In this document: positions 29,301 through 39,900 of the stretch, in pieces
Layout: the number at the start of each line of letters is the position of its first letter
How positions within the stretch are numbered: position 1 is the first letter of the stretch
DNA from: a virus
Lineage: Duplodnaviria > Heunggongvirae > Uroviricota > Caudoviricetes
Strand: one strand, 5' to 3'
DNA: 64,000 bases
IMG/VR virus record: IMGVR_UViG_3300027708_003081
Notes under the pieces: generated by a model
What the model was told of the DNA's origin: nothing
Databases searched by the model: none
What the model saw: only the letters and a program-made list of their open reading frames with translations
Translations under genes and position numbers: made by a program

Positions 29301-32300
29301 CTCGAACAAATACACCAACAAATACTTCAACTCAAACCCCAACTAAAACATCTACACAAACACCAACAAATACTCCTACAAATACACCTACAAATACATC
29401 AACACCAACAAATACTCCTACAAATACAATAACACCTACTGTTACTAAAACACAAACTCCAACACGTTTACAAGGACAAATAACTTTTAGTGGTTGTTGT
29501 TCAGGTAAAACAATAAGATTGGGTGGAACTATACCTGGAGGCACATTCATTCTTGGAAATACATATTATCTTGAAGTTTCATTCTCATCATCAGGTGCTC
29601 CTGGATTTACAGGTTGTACAATTGCGGGACTTGGAAGTTCTGCAGAAATATATAATTATAATTTAGTAACAACTAAAATAGATTATGGTACAGGATGTAC
29701 AGATTGTACGAATGCTAATATTTGTCCAACACCAACACCAACCCCAACACCAACACCAACCCCAACTAATACTCCGACTAACACACAAACACGCACGCAA
29801 ACCCCTACCACTACTCAAACTCCAACACAAACTCAAACACAAACTCAAACACCTAGTTTGACTGCAAAAGAAACACCGTTAGCGACACAAACCCCCACCT
29901 CAACTCAAACTCCTACTACAACACAAACATCAACTCAAACACCTACTCAAACTCAAACACCAACTAAAACGCCAACCACAACTCAAACACCAACTAATAC
30001 ACCTACTAATACCACAACACAAACACCAACTAATACCACAACACAAACACCAACTAATACCACAACACAAACTCCGACAAATACCACAACACAAACTCCG
30101 ACAAATACCACAACACAAACTCCGACAAATACCACAACTCAAACGCCTACTAATACCACAACTCAAACTCCGACACAAACTCAAACGCCTACAAATACCC
30201 CAACAAATACTATAACTCAAACCCCTACTAATACTACAACACAAACATCTACACAAACACAAACACCAACTAATACAACAACACAAACACCAACACAAAC
30301 ATCTACACAAACACAAACATCTACACAAACACAAACGCCAACTAATACTACAACACCAACACCAACTCAAACCTATTTACCTCCAGTTATTTCATATTTT
30401 GAACTTTGTTGTCCACCTAATGATAATATAAAAGTTTTCAGTATACCACAATTATTAACACCTTCACCTGGTTCAATTTATTATATTGAAACTTTAACAT
30501 TTAGTGGATGTGGAATATGTTTACCTAGTTTACCAGAACCACCGTTCACATCAACACTACAATACCAAGGATTAACCTTAATATCTGGTAATTGTGATAC
30601 TTGTCTTACAAAATACACTTTAGTTTGTCCTACTGTTACCCCAACACCAACTATGACAAGTACACCAACTCAAACTCAAACACAAACTCCAACAAATACT
30701 TCAACACAAACTCCAACAAATACTTCAACACAAACACAAACACCTACAAATACAGAAACTCAAACACAAACACCAACTAATACAAGTACACAAACACCAA
30801 CTAATACAAGTACACAAACACCAACTAATACCGCAACTAATACTTCCACAAATACACCAACACAAAGTCAAACATCCACTCAAACACCAACTAATACAAG
30901 TACACAAACGCCAACTAATACAAGTACACAAACACCAACACAAAGTCAAACATCCACTCAAACACCAACTAATACAAGTACACAAACACCGACACAAACT
31001 GCAACTCAAACACAAACACCAACTAATACAAGTACACAAACACCAACTAATACAAGTACACAAACACCAACTAATACAAGTACACAAACACCAACTAATA
31101 CAAGTACACAAACACCAACTAATACAAGTACACAAACGCCAACACCAAGTCAAACTCAAACACAAACACCAACAAATACTCAAACACCAACAAATACTCA
31201 AACACCTACAACAACTCAAACACCAACCGCAACATATTATCCACCTGAGTTCCGTTACTTTTTAACTTGTTGTCCACCCGGCGAATATATAAGACTATAT
31301 TCAATACCATATTTTAATGCAACAGGTATAACATTTGGTAACACATATTATATTGAAAGTCCAGGTTTTAGTGGCTGCGCAACAAACGTAGGTGTAGTTG
31401 CAACATTTACTCCATATGCTTGGGGCTCAGCCAGTTTACAATCTGGAGGATGCCTTGGAAGTTTCTGTCAAAATAATGTACCACCTTGTCCAACTCAAAC
31501 ACCTACACAAACACCTACACAAACCGCAACTCAAACTCCTACTAATACTGCAACTAACACACAAACACCAACTCAAACACCTACACAAACACCTACACAA
31601 ACCGCAACTCAAACTCCAACAAATACTCAAACTCCTACTAATACTGCAACACAAACTAAAACGCAGACACCTACACAAACCGCAACACAAACACCAAGTC
31701 AAACATCTACTCAAACCCCGACTAATACCGCAACACAAACACCAAGTCAAACATCTACTCAAACCCCTACTAATACTGCAACACAAACTAAAACTCAAAC
31801 ACCGACTAATACCGCAACACAAACACCAACAAATACACAAACCCCAACAAAAACCGCAACACAAACTCCAACAAATACTGCAACACAAACTCCAACAAAT
31901 ACTGCAACACAAACACCTACTAATACTCAAACACCAACAAATACACAAACTCCAACTAATACAACAACTCAAACACCGACTCAAACAACACCTGTAATTG
32001 ATGTTTTAACTTTAAGATTTAATTCTACAGGAAACACATTATCTAGACTTAGCATTACACCTGCTATAAATAAAGTTATTGTTGATTGGGGTGATGGAAC
32101 AGTTATAACATATAATCTTGCTGGAAACTTTACACATACTTACGTAGGTACTGGTAATTTTACAGCAACTGTTAGTATATACGATGAGGCAGGAAGAATA
32201 AATTTATTTACGGTAGGTCAAAACTCAAGATTATATGACATATCAGGGCTTAATAAATTAACATCATTAACACAATTAGATTTAACAAGAAACATAATAA

Positions 32301-33307
32301 CAACATTTAATTTCGCTCTACCAACATCACCTTTGTTAAGAATAAATTTCCCTAATAATCAATTAACATCAACTGAAATTGATAATTCATTAATTTATTT
32401 AAATACTACTTTGGGTGTTGCACCAGCTCCACCACCATCATATTCGATTGATTTAAGAAATCAACCTGGTTGTTTAAGTCTTGGAGGACCTGGAGACACC
32501 GCAAGATTAAGTCTTGTATCAAAAGGGTGGGTTGTTAATTATACCGCTTGTTCTACACCAACTCCAACACCAACAAACACACAAACACCAACAAACACAC
32601 AAACTCCGACAAATACACAGACACCAACAAATACACAGACACCAACAAATACACCAACTAATACCAACACACCAAGTTCAACTCAACCACCGGCTTGTGA
32701 TATTACATCAACAATTGCAAATTTAAAATATCAAATATGTACAAATATTACAGGTTCTAATAGTGGATATAGTAAGATTTATGTAAATGGTAATCTATTG
32801 GTTAATACTAATAATCCGTCATCATCATCGGGTGGATATACATTAAATGCTGGTGACTCAGTTACATTTGAAGTTTTAACGGATGATACTAACGCACTTA
32901 AAGAAATATCAGTTTATAATGAAACAATCAGTACTTATTTGTATAATAATATTGGATATTATATTGGAGAAACTTATAATTTAACATTTACAGTAAGTTC
33001 TAATGGTGTTTATTCATTAAAACATTTGGATTTACCAAATTCGGTTGGAAATATTGACGTTGTTAACACATCATTATGTCCAAATAGAATTTTTACATAT
33101 TCTGTCGCTTCTTTACCACAATATTCAACAAATATTAATTGGACAATACCAAGTAATGGAACTTTGATAAGTGGACAGGGAAGTATAAGTATAACAGTTA
33201 GTTATCCAACAACTATTGTCGATGGGTTTGTTACTGCACAACCATATAGAGATTGTGCTTTGGGTTCAATTAAAAGTTCTGTAATTAGATTACCGAGTTG
33301 TCCCTAA
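26345..33307 (+). CDS. Giant 2320-aa mucin-like protein: BppU-like N-terminus, TQTPTN repeats, five Cys-rich YF..CC modules, PKD, LRR and a C-terminal PKD-like domain; probable virion fibre or adhesin
   Basis: MEFFIKKNATLPVLKM N-terminus; extensive TP/TQ repeats; DWGDG; LDLTRN LRR. Confidence 0.85.
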   Translation: MEFFIKKNATLPVLKMKVVDDGKDGHKELLKLLEVSTIYFTMIDTATGISKITSAKGYITSINLPEGSTPEYYLCYKFKTKDANKIGRYQGSFILKYGLDTLILPIRDELYVNVIQSVNDEPIPNLYGFKIPVKYLTDPDFKITPPISDSPGPFTYISADNNIVSIVGDIVKINGIGQTTVTAIQQPTSEFGTASIIAISVVILAPTPSNTRTPTKTPTRTPTNTPTNTQTSTNTPTNTSTQTQTPTNTSTQTQTPTQTPTNTSTQTPTQTPTNTSTPTQTQTPTNTETPTQTQTPTNTETPTQTQTPTNTETSTQTPTNTETSTQTPTNTTTPTPTETAFPPEIRYFQSCCPPNFYIKVYGIPFYELPTLNEVYYVDSTGFVGCATNIDLPVGTPYIIGGYNSLFLQIDCTDCNSIFICPTQTPTQTPTQTPTPTNTETPTQTQTPTNTETPTQTQTPTITSTETPTQTQTPTNTITQTPTNTITQTPTNTITQTQTQTSTNTQTPTNTPTNTATQTQTSTNTQTPTNTSTQTQTQTPTNTETPTNTPTQTPTNTITQTPTNTATQTQTPTNTITQTPTNTTTQTQTQTPTNTETPTNTTTQTPTNTTTQTPTNTTTQTQTQTQTPTNTSTETPTQTQTQTPTNTETSTQTPTQTATQTPTNTTTNTATQTPTNTSTQTPTNTSTSTQTPTNTITQTPTNTSTQTQTQTPTQTPTNTVTQTPTNTTTPTNTQTQTPTNTETPTNTPTNTTTQTPTATYYPPEIRYFSACCYPYDIIKVYSIPFAVATGITVNNTYYISGTGTFNGCATNISSVPEPIPVSVYPYDILTSYVSGQTNCFDNLCVNVAPPCPTHTPTTTQTPTNTSTQTSTQTPTNTSTQTSTQTQTPTKTQTPTNTSTQTSTQTQTPTKTPTQTPTNTQTSTQTSTQTQTPTKTPTQTPTNTQTSTQTQTPTKTSTQTPTQTPTNTQTSTQTQTPTKTSTQTPTNTRTNTPTNTSTQTPTKTSTQTPTNTPTNTPTNTSTPTNTPTNTITPTVTKTQTPTRLQGQITFSGCCSGKTIRLGGTIPGGTFILGNTYYLEVSFSSSGAPGFTGCTIAGLGSSAEIYNYNLVTTKIDYGTGCTDCTNANICPTPTPTPTPTPTPTNTPTNTQTRTQTPTTTQTPTQTQTQTQTPSLTAKETPLATQTPTSTQTPTTTQTSTQTPTQTQTPTKTPTTTQTPTNTPTNTTTQTPTNTTTQTPTNTTTQTPTNTTTQTPTNTTTQTPTNTTTQTPTNTTTQTPTQTQTPTNTPTNTITQTPTNTTTQTSTQTQTPTNTTTQTPTQTSTQTQTSTQTQTPTNTTTPTPTQTYLPPVISYFELCCPPNDNIKVFSIPQLLTPSPGSIYYIETLTFSGCGICLPSLPEPPFTSTLQYQGLTLISGNCDTCLTKYTLVCPTVTPTPTMTSTPTQTQTQTPTNTSTQTPTNTSTQTQTPTNTETQTQTPTNTSTQTPTNTSTQTPTNTATNTSTNTPTQSQTSTQTPTNTSTQTPTNTSTQTPTQSQTSTQTPTNTSTQTPTQTATQTQTPTNTSTQTPTNTSTQTPTNTSTQTPTNTSTQTPTNTSTQTPTPSQTQTQTPTNTQTPTNTQTPTTTQTPTATYYPPEFRYFLTCCPPGEYIRLYSIPYFNATGITFGNTYYIESPGFSGCATNVGVVATFTPYAWGSASLQSGGCLGSFCQNNVPPCPTQTPTQTPTQTATQTPTNTATNTQTPTQTPTQTPTQTATQTPTNTQTPTNTATQTKTQTPTQTATQTPSQTSTQTPTNTATQTPSQTSTQTPTNTATQTKTQTPTNTATQTPTNTQTPTKTATQTPTNTATQTPTNTATQTPTNTQTPTNTQTPTNTTTQTPTQTTPVIDVLTLRFNSTGNTLSRLSITPAINKVIVDWGDGTVITYNLAGNFTHTYVGTGNFTATVSIYDEAGRINLFTVGQNSRLYDISGLNKLTSLTQLDLTRNIITTFNFALPTSPLLRINFPNNQLTSTEIDNSLIYLNTTLGVAPAPPPSYSIDLRNQPGCLSLGGPGDTARLSLVSKGWVVNYTACSTPTPTPTNTQTPTNTQTPTNTQTPTNTQTPTNTPTNTNTPSSTQPPACDITSTIANLKYQICTNITGSNSGYSKIYVNGNLLVNTNNPSSSSGGYTLNAGDSVTFEVLTDDTNALKEISVYNETISTYLYNNIGYYIGETYNLTFTVSSNGVYSLKHLDLPNSVGNIDVVNTSLCPNRIFTYSVASLPQYSTNINWTIPSNGTLISGQGSISITVSYPTTIVDGFVTAQPYRDCALGSIKSSVIRLPSCP

Positions 33308-33325
33308 TAAAAAAAATATTAAAAT

Positions 33326-36300
33326 ATGGATACAGTAATATTATCAAGTACAAATTATAGTGGTTACACCGCAAATATAACATTTAACCCATTAATTGGC
33401 GGAACAATTGCGTTAGGTAATCATCAAATACCTTATTCATATACCTCGGATAATATATATGGGACATATGATTTATATTTTTCATCTTGGACAAAAACGT
33501 GTTCAACTTCAATATCACCTCAACTTGTCACAATAATTGCAAATACATCAACATTTAGTTTACAAGTTGCTGGTACAGTATCGCAGATAAATTGGGGGGA
33601 TGGCTCTCCGTTAGAAACTATAACTAACGGACAATTAACTCACAACTATTCAAATCCAGGGGTGTATAACATTTCATTTCTTCCTGTGAATTTAATTAAT
33701 TTGGTTATTGATGGTAATGGAATAACAAGCGTTAGCCAACTTCCAAATACTGTTAAAGTATTGGATATTTCAAATAATAACCTGAACTCATTATATATTG
33801 ATAATTTATTAAATATTACGTATTTAAATGTTACTAACAATAATTTAAGTACTGCTAATGTTTCAAATCTTATAAATTTAACTAATCTTTATTGTGATGG
33901 TAATAACATATCTTCAATAAATTTAACAAATTTAACAAATTTAATTGACTTAAATTTATCAAATAATGACTTAATAAGTTTAGATTTTACCAATCAGGAA
34001 AATTTAACAACATTACAATGTTCTAATAATAACATATCAACTTTAATTTTTGATAATACATTTACAATTACTTATGTTTTAAATTATATTGATATATCAC
34101 ATAATAATTTATCAAGTTTAGATTTTACTAACACTCAAATTGGCATATCTTATCTTGATTTTTCTTATAATAATGTAACATCATTTTACACTATTGCAAG
34201 TATAAGTACTCTTGACTGTAATAATAATAATTTAACAAATTTAGAGTTTGATAATAGTACAAGTTTATCATTTTTGAATTGTTCTAACAATCAATTGAGT
34301 ATATTAGATATAGGGTTTGCATATAATTTAATACAGGCAAATATATCTTATAATCAATTAGACACAACTAATATTAATAACATTTTAATTAACTTACAAA
34401 ATAATGGGTTGACTAATGGACAAGTACAGTTAAATAATCAAACACCTTCTGCGTGTCCATCGGGAGATGGAATATTGGCAGAATTTTATTTAATTGATGT
34501 ACAAGGTTGGACGGTGACTGTTGATGCCGGATGTAGTGGTGTATTAAGAATAACATTTAATACTTCATATGCTTATTGGTTTATTGCTGGTAGTGATATT
34601 TTTGATATGTATATTAATTGGGGTGACGGAAGTCCGACAGAACATTATATTACTAATTATCAGGAAATACCACATTCTTTTCTTACCTCACCGGCAACCG
34701 CAACAATAATTTTTGCTGATAATACACTAATTACACAAATAGATTTGTCAGCTGATTATGTAGATTCAGGTGCATATAATAATGTTACAAATATAACAGG
34801 TTTAGATATATTAACTAATTTGCAATATTTGAATTTATATGGAAATTTGTTTAGTACGTTTACATCAACATTACCAAGTTCGTTAATAGGTTTAAGTTTA
34901 AGTTCAAATCAATTAACATCATTTAATTCAACATTACCAAGTTCGTTAATAAGTTTAAGTTTAAGTTCAAATCAATTAACATCATTTAATTCAACATTAC
35001 CAAATTCATTAAGTTATTTATATTTAAATAATAATCAGTTAACCACATTTAATTCAACATTACCAAATTCAATAACAAATTTAAATTTAAGTTATAACCA
35101 ATTAACCACATTTAATTCAACATTACCAAATTCAATAACAAATTTAAATTTAAGTTATAACCAATTAACTCAAACCTCATTTAATAATGTTTTAATTAAT
35201 TTATCGGGAAATGGAACATCTAATGGAACGGTTAATTTATATTATCAAACGCCATCAGTTTGTCCAACAGGAAATGCAATTATTGCCAAAAATTATTTAA
35301 CAAATACTTTAAATTGGAATGTTCTAATTGATTTAGATTGTTATCCATATATTTTTGAAATATTATTTGATACAAATAATGGTTTAGGTATATATGGATT
35401 GATTGGTGGTATTCCTCGGGCATTAACGACTTCGGCTGTTGACTGGGGGGATGGAACAGAATACCAAACTTATACAAATAACAATAGCATTTTAGTACAT
35501 GATTACGAAAATTATGCGGGAATTAAAACAATTAGATTTGGATTAAATGACCCAACTTTATTTAATGTTGTGCAATTTATAGGTATTCCTGGTATAATTG
35601 GTGTTAACAATTTAAATTTGTTATCTTCTTTGAATGATATACAAATATATGATGGTACCTCGTTATCTCAATCATCGGTTAACTACATTTTAACCACTTT
35701 ATCGGGTATGTCATTTAGTAATGGTTATATTACTTTAAATAATCAAACACCATTAGCGTGTCCTTCGGGAGATGGTATATTGGCAAAAAATTATTTACTT
35801 GGTTTAAATAATACAATATTAACTGATGAATGTACAACATTAACAATAGATTTAGATGTACGGTATGCACCTGGGACTTCATTTGGTATGACAATTACAG
35901 GAGATACTTCTTTTGATTTATTATTTGATTGGAATGACGGCACTACAAGTACATATACAGGTAATAATATTATTGTAAATAAATCATATTCCACAATAGG
36001 TTCTCATAATGTTACAATTTCAGTGACAGGAAGTACTAATATAAAATATATTTACTTCATAAGTACTGATTCAATAACTAATTTAGGTCAATTTGATAAA
36101 CTCACTAATTTAAATTATTTATACGTTGCAGAACATAAATTGACTTCATTACCGACATTACCAAATTCAATTACTTATTTAAATCTTCAAAATAATAAAT
36201 TTAATAGTTTGGCAATTGAAAATGCAATAAATTCTTTCACAGGATATAGTTGGACAACACCAAGTATTGTTTTAAATCAACAACGATATCCTTATAATGG

Positions 36301-36931
36301 ATGTTTACAACTTCAAACACCAACTTATACAAATTATCAAACATTAATTGGAAACGGATGGGAAATATTTGTTGATTTCTGTCCATATATAAGTTTAATT
36401 GTTAATTATGTTTTTGGAAATAATCAAAATTGGAGTATTTCTTCAACAATAGGTAATTTTGATATGTATATTAATTGGGGTGACGGACAAATAAGTGGAT
36501 ATACGGGAGGTAATTCATATCAACCAATACACAATTATGATAGTTCAGGAGTGTACAATATTATATTTACATTTAACAATCCTAACCAAATAACAAATAT
36601 TTTATTAAGTGAGGGAGATATAACAGAAATATCAATCTCTAAATTTGTAAATTTATATGGTTTAAATTTGGGTATAAATTATTTAACAACATTATCTGGT
36701 TTTGGTTCTGAAAACCTTCAAGAATTATATGTTAATGGTAATCGGTTAACCACACCTGCGGTTAATGATATTTTAATAGAATTAAAAAATACAACGTCTT
36801 ATGGTGCAGGTACTGGAAGTCTTAGTAATCAAACACCACCGGCTTGTCCAACAGGAGATGGGCTATTAGCATTATATTATTTAACTAATGTCAACCAATG
36901 GATAATAACTACTGATACCGGATGTCCTTAA
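33326..36931 (+). CDS. LRR + PKD repeat protein (1201 aa)
   Basis: Many LxxLxLxxNxL repeats; five WGDG/WNDG PKD motifs; recurring NQTPxACPxGDG caps. Confidence 0.9.
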   Translation: MDTVILSSTNYSGYTANITFNPLIGGTIALGNHQIPYSYTSDNIYGTYDLYFSSWTKTCSTSISPQLVTIIANTSTFSLQVAGTVSQINWGDGSPLETITNGQLTHNYSNPGVYNISFLPVNLINLVIDGNGITSVSQLPNTVKVLDISNNNLNSLYIDNLLNITYLNVTNNNLSTANVSNLINLTNLYCDGNNISSINLTNLTNLIDLNLSNNDLISLDFTNQENLTTLQCSNNNISTLIFDNTFTITYVLNYIDISHNNLSSLDFTNTQIGISYLDFSYNNVTSFYTIASISTLDCNNNNLTNLEFDNSTSLSFLNCSNNQLSILDIGFAYNLIQANISYNQLDTTNINNILINLQNNGLTNGQVQLNNQTPSACPSGDGILAEFYLIDVQGWTVTVDAGCSGVLRITFNTSYAYWFIAGSDIFDMYINWGDGSPTEHYITNYQEIPHSFLTSPATATIIFADNTLITQIDLSADYVDSGAYNNVTNITGLDILTNLQYLNLYGNLFSTFTSTLPSSLIGLSLSSNQLTSFNSTLPSSLISLSLSSNQLTSFNSTLPNSLSYLYLNNNQLTTFNSTLPNSITNLNLSYNQLTTFNSTLPNSITNLNLSYNQLTQTSFNNVLINLSGNGTSNGTVNLYYQTPSVCPTGNAIIAKNYLTNTLNWNVLIDLDCYPYIFEILFDTNNGLGIYGLIGGIPRALTTSAVDWGDGTEYQTYTNNNSILVHDYENYAGIKTIRFGLNDPTLFNVVQFIGIPGIIGVNNLNLLSSLNDIQIYDGTSLSQSSVNYILTTLSGMSFSNGYITLNNQTPLACPSGDGILAKNYLLGLNNTILTDECTTLTIDLDVRYAPGTSFGMTITGDTSFDLLFDWNDGTTSTYTGNNIIVNKSYSTIGSHNVTISVTGSTNIKYIYFISTDSITNLGQFDKLTNLNYLYVAEHKLTSLPTLPNSITYLNLQNNKFNSLAIENAINSFTGYSWTTPSIVLNQQRYPYNGCLQLQTPTYTNYQTLIGNGWEIFVDFCPYISLIVNYVFGNNQNWSISSTIGNFDMYINWGDGQISGYTGGNSYQPIHNYDSSGVYNIIFTFNNPNQITNILLSEGDITEISISKFVNLYGLNLGINYLTTLSGFGSENLQELYVNGNRLTTPAVNDILIELKNTTSYGAGTGSLSNQTPPACPTGDGLLALYYLTNVNQWIITTDTGCP

Positions 36932-36983
36932 AATTATTTTTAACCATTTCACAACTCCAAGGTATTTATTACTAAAACCTTTT

Positions 36984-39900
36984 ATGGATTGTAAAAAGTA
37001 CGTAGTCACAAATACGAGTCAAGAAATAGTAACAATAAATTACAGACGTTGCGATGATTTAATGTGGGTTTACCAAGAAACTGTAAACCCAGGTCAAACT
37101 CAAAACGTTTTTTTTATTGAAGGAACATTCTCCACGCCAAGACCTGATTATCTTTCGATAACAAATGAAGGAAATTTTCCTCCAAAATCAGATATAATTT
37201 TAATTCAATTTTCATCAGCATACTTCCAAGGTTCAATTGGTGCAACTTACTTAATAGATGCCGGAGTAATATTAGATTTTGATTTAACTGTTACTTTTGT
37301 TGATATTATAGATACAACAAACGGTCCTGTATATATAAAAGCTACAGGTACAATACTAAAAGGTACTTCAAGTGTGTATGTTCAAACAACAGTTGAAGGT
37401 GATTACAATACCTTAACAGGAAAAAATTCAATCCAAATTGCAGAAGTTTCTGGTGACATTCCAGCATCATTAACAATCGCTCAAAGTCCATTAGCACCTA
37501 CGCCTGAAGTCTATACGTTTTATAAAGTTACTTCTTGTTGTGATGGTTCGACAGCATATGTTAATTTACCTGATACAACTCCTGTTGGAGGATTTACTCC
37601 TCTTGTTTTAGGTGGGACGTTAATTACTTGTTATAAAATTGAATCAGTTATTTCAGGTTATCCACCCCCAGGTTCGACGATTGTTCTTTGGTTAGCTCGT
37701 GTACCAGAGGCAACCTGCCAAGATTGTATTCAAAGAAATTTTACTCCTTGTCCAGGTAGAAATGTTATGTTTGAAGTAATATCTTGTTGTGATGGTAGAA
37801 GTGAGTTTGTTATACTACCTGATATAATAGATAGAACAAGAACATATATTTGTACAACAATCACAAACCCAAGGGCGGGATGTTATTATATAAGAGACCT
37901 TAATGATACAATGCCGGCAACACTTACTTGGAATTCTCAAAGTTATGATAATTGTGATGATTGTACTTCTTATTTACCTTGTGATGGAACATCACCAAAT
38001 TGTGGTTTAGCGGCAATTAAATTTGGATATGGATGTAGTGGTCGTACAGATACGGTTAAATATTTTGATTGTTGTGGTAATTTTGTTATTGATACAAATT
38101 GTAATGATTTTCCATACAAATATGTTTGTATTGATTATATATTAACTAGGGCTTATAGTTTTTCTGGTTTAATATTTAATAGTATCAATTGTCCAAACCC
38201 ACCAGTTTGTCCTCCACAACCACAATTTGGTTGTTATAGTGGATATACAATTAATCCTGGTCAAGGGTATTCTTACGTATCTTGTTGTGCTGATTTAACG
38301 GTAGACCCACCACAAATAACAAGTGGTAATGCGCCAACAGACCAACCTTTATTAGTATATGTTCTTGCTGAGTATCCATATACAAATATAAGTTTGAATG
38401 GACCTGTTTCATCAATACCCGATGTTTGTCCATCTGCAACACCAACTAGTACTCCAACTAAAACACCAACACCCACTAACACAAAAACGCCTACTAACAC
38501 TGCAACCAAAACATTAACACCTACTAAAACACCAACTAACACAAAAACACCAACTAACACAAAAACACCAACACCAACACCAACAGCAACTTTGGGTTGC
38601 GAAGTGGTCACAGTTCATTCTGAATGTGGGAACGTAATTGCAACACCAAATATTATAATAAACGGAAAACAGTCATTTACTTTCAATTTATCAAATTTTT
38701 ATGATTGTATAATATATTGGGATAATATTACAAATAGATGGATTGTTAGAAATAGTACATTAGGATTGGATGGTTCTTATTTACCGTTAAATACAACTTT
38801 ACCAATAGGTAATTTAAGTCAATGGATTAATATAAGTGGACCTGTAGAATGTATAACAGATGATACAAGTTTTTATACTGAATTAACTTCAAACGGACCT
38901 TGTCCAGAAACTCCAACTCCAACCCCAACAAAAACTCCAACAAAAACTCCAACTCAAACACCAACAAGAACTCAAACTGCAACACAAACACCCAGTCCCA
39001 CAAGTCCTGAAGTTATTTGTTTTACATATAATCTTCCTGATGGAATTCATACACAAACCGTTCCTTCTGCAGGATATTTTAATGGATTACCTTATTATCA
39101 AATTGTAACTCCGGGATTTCAAAATATTTTTGTTTATTCTGAAACACCAATTGGTATACAGTGGACAGTCACATATGGTACAATTGGCGCTGTACCGGAA
39201 GGATATTTACCGTGGAATAGTTCATCATCAACTTTTTATCCTTTAAGTACTAACGGTTGGGTAAACACATTAAATGATATTCAAATAATAAGTTCAGTTT
39301 TAGGTATTTGTCCAACATCTACCCCAACATCTACCCCAACATCTACCCCAACTAAAACATCAACACCTACCCCAACTAAAACATCAACACCACCAAATAC
39401 TCCGTCAAAAACACCAACAGGTACACCGGCATCAACTCAAACACCTACTCCAACAAAAACACAAACTCAAACGCCCACTAAAACATCTACTCCAACAAAT
39501 ACTACAACAAAAACACAAACTCCAACAAACACTACAACAAAAACGTCTACACAAACTCCAACAAAAACGTCTACACCTACTAAAACATCTACACAAACCC
39601 CTACTAATACTCCAACACAAACTAAAACGTCTACACAAACACCTACTAAAACATCTACACCTACAAAAACATCTACACCTACCAAAACACCGACTAACAC
39701 GCCAACAAAAACATCTACACCAACTAATACTCCAACTCAAACTCCAACTCATACTTTCTATCCACCAGAAATTAGGTATTTCTCAGGTTGTTGTTATCCT
39801 AATAATATTATACAAGTGCATAGTATTCCATTTATTGAATTACCAACATTAAATGAAGTTTATTATGTTGATAGTACTGCGTTTGTTGGTTGTGCAACTA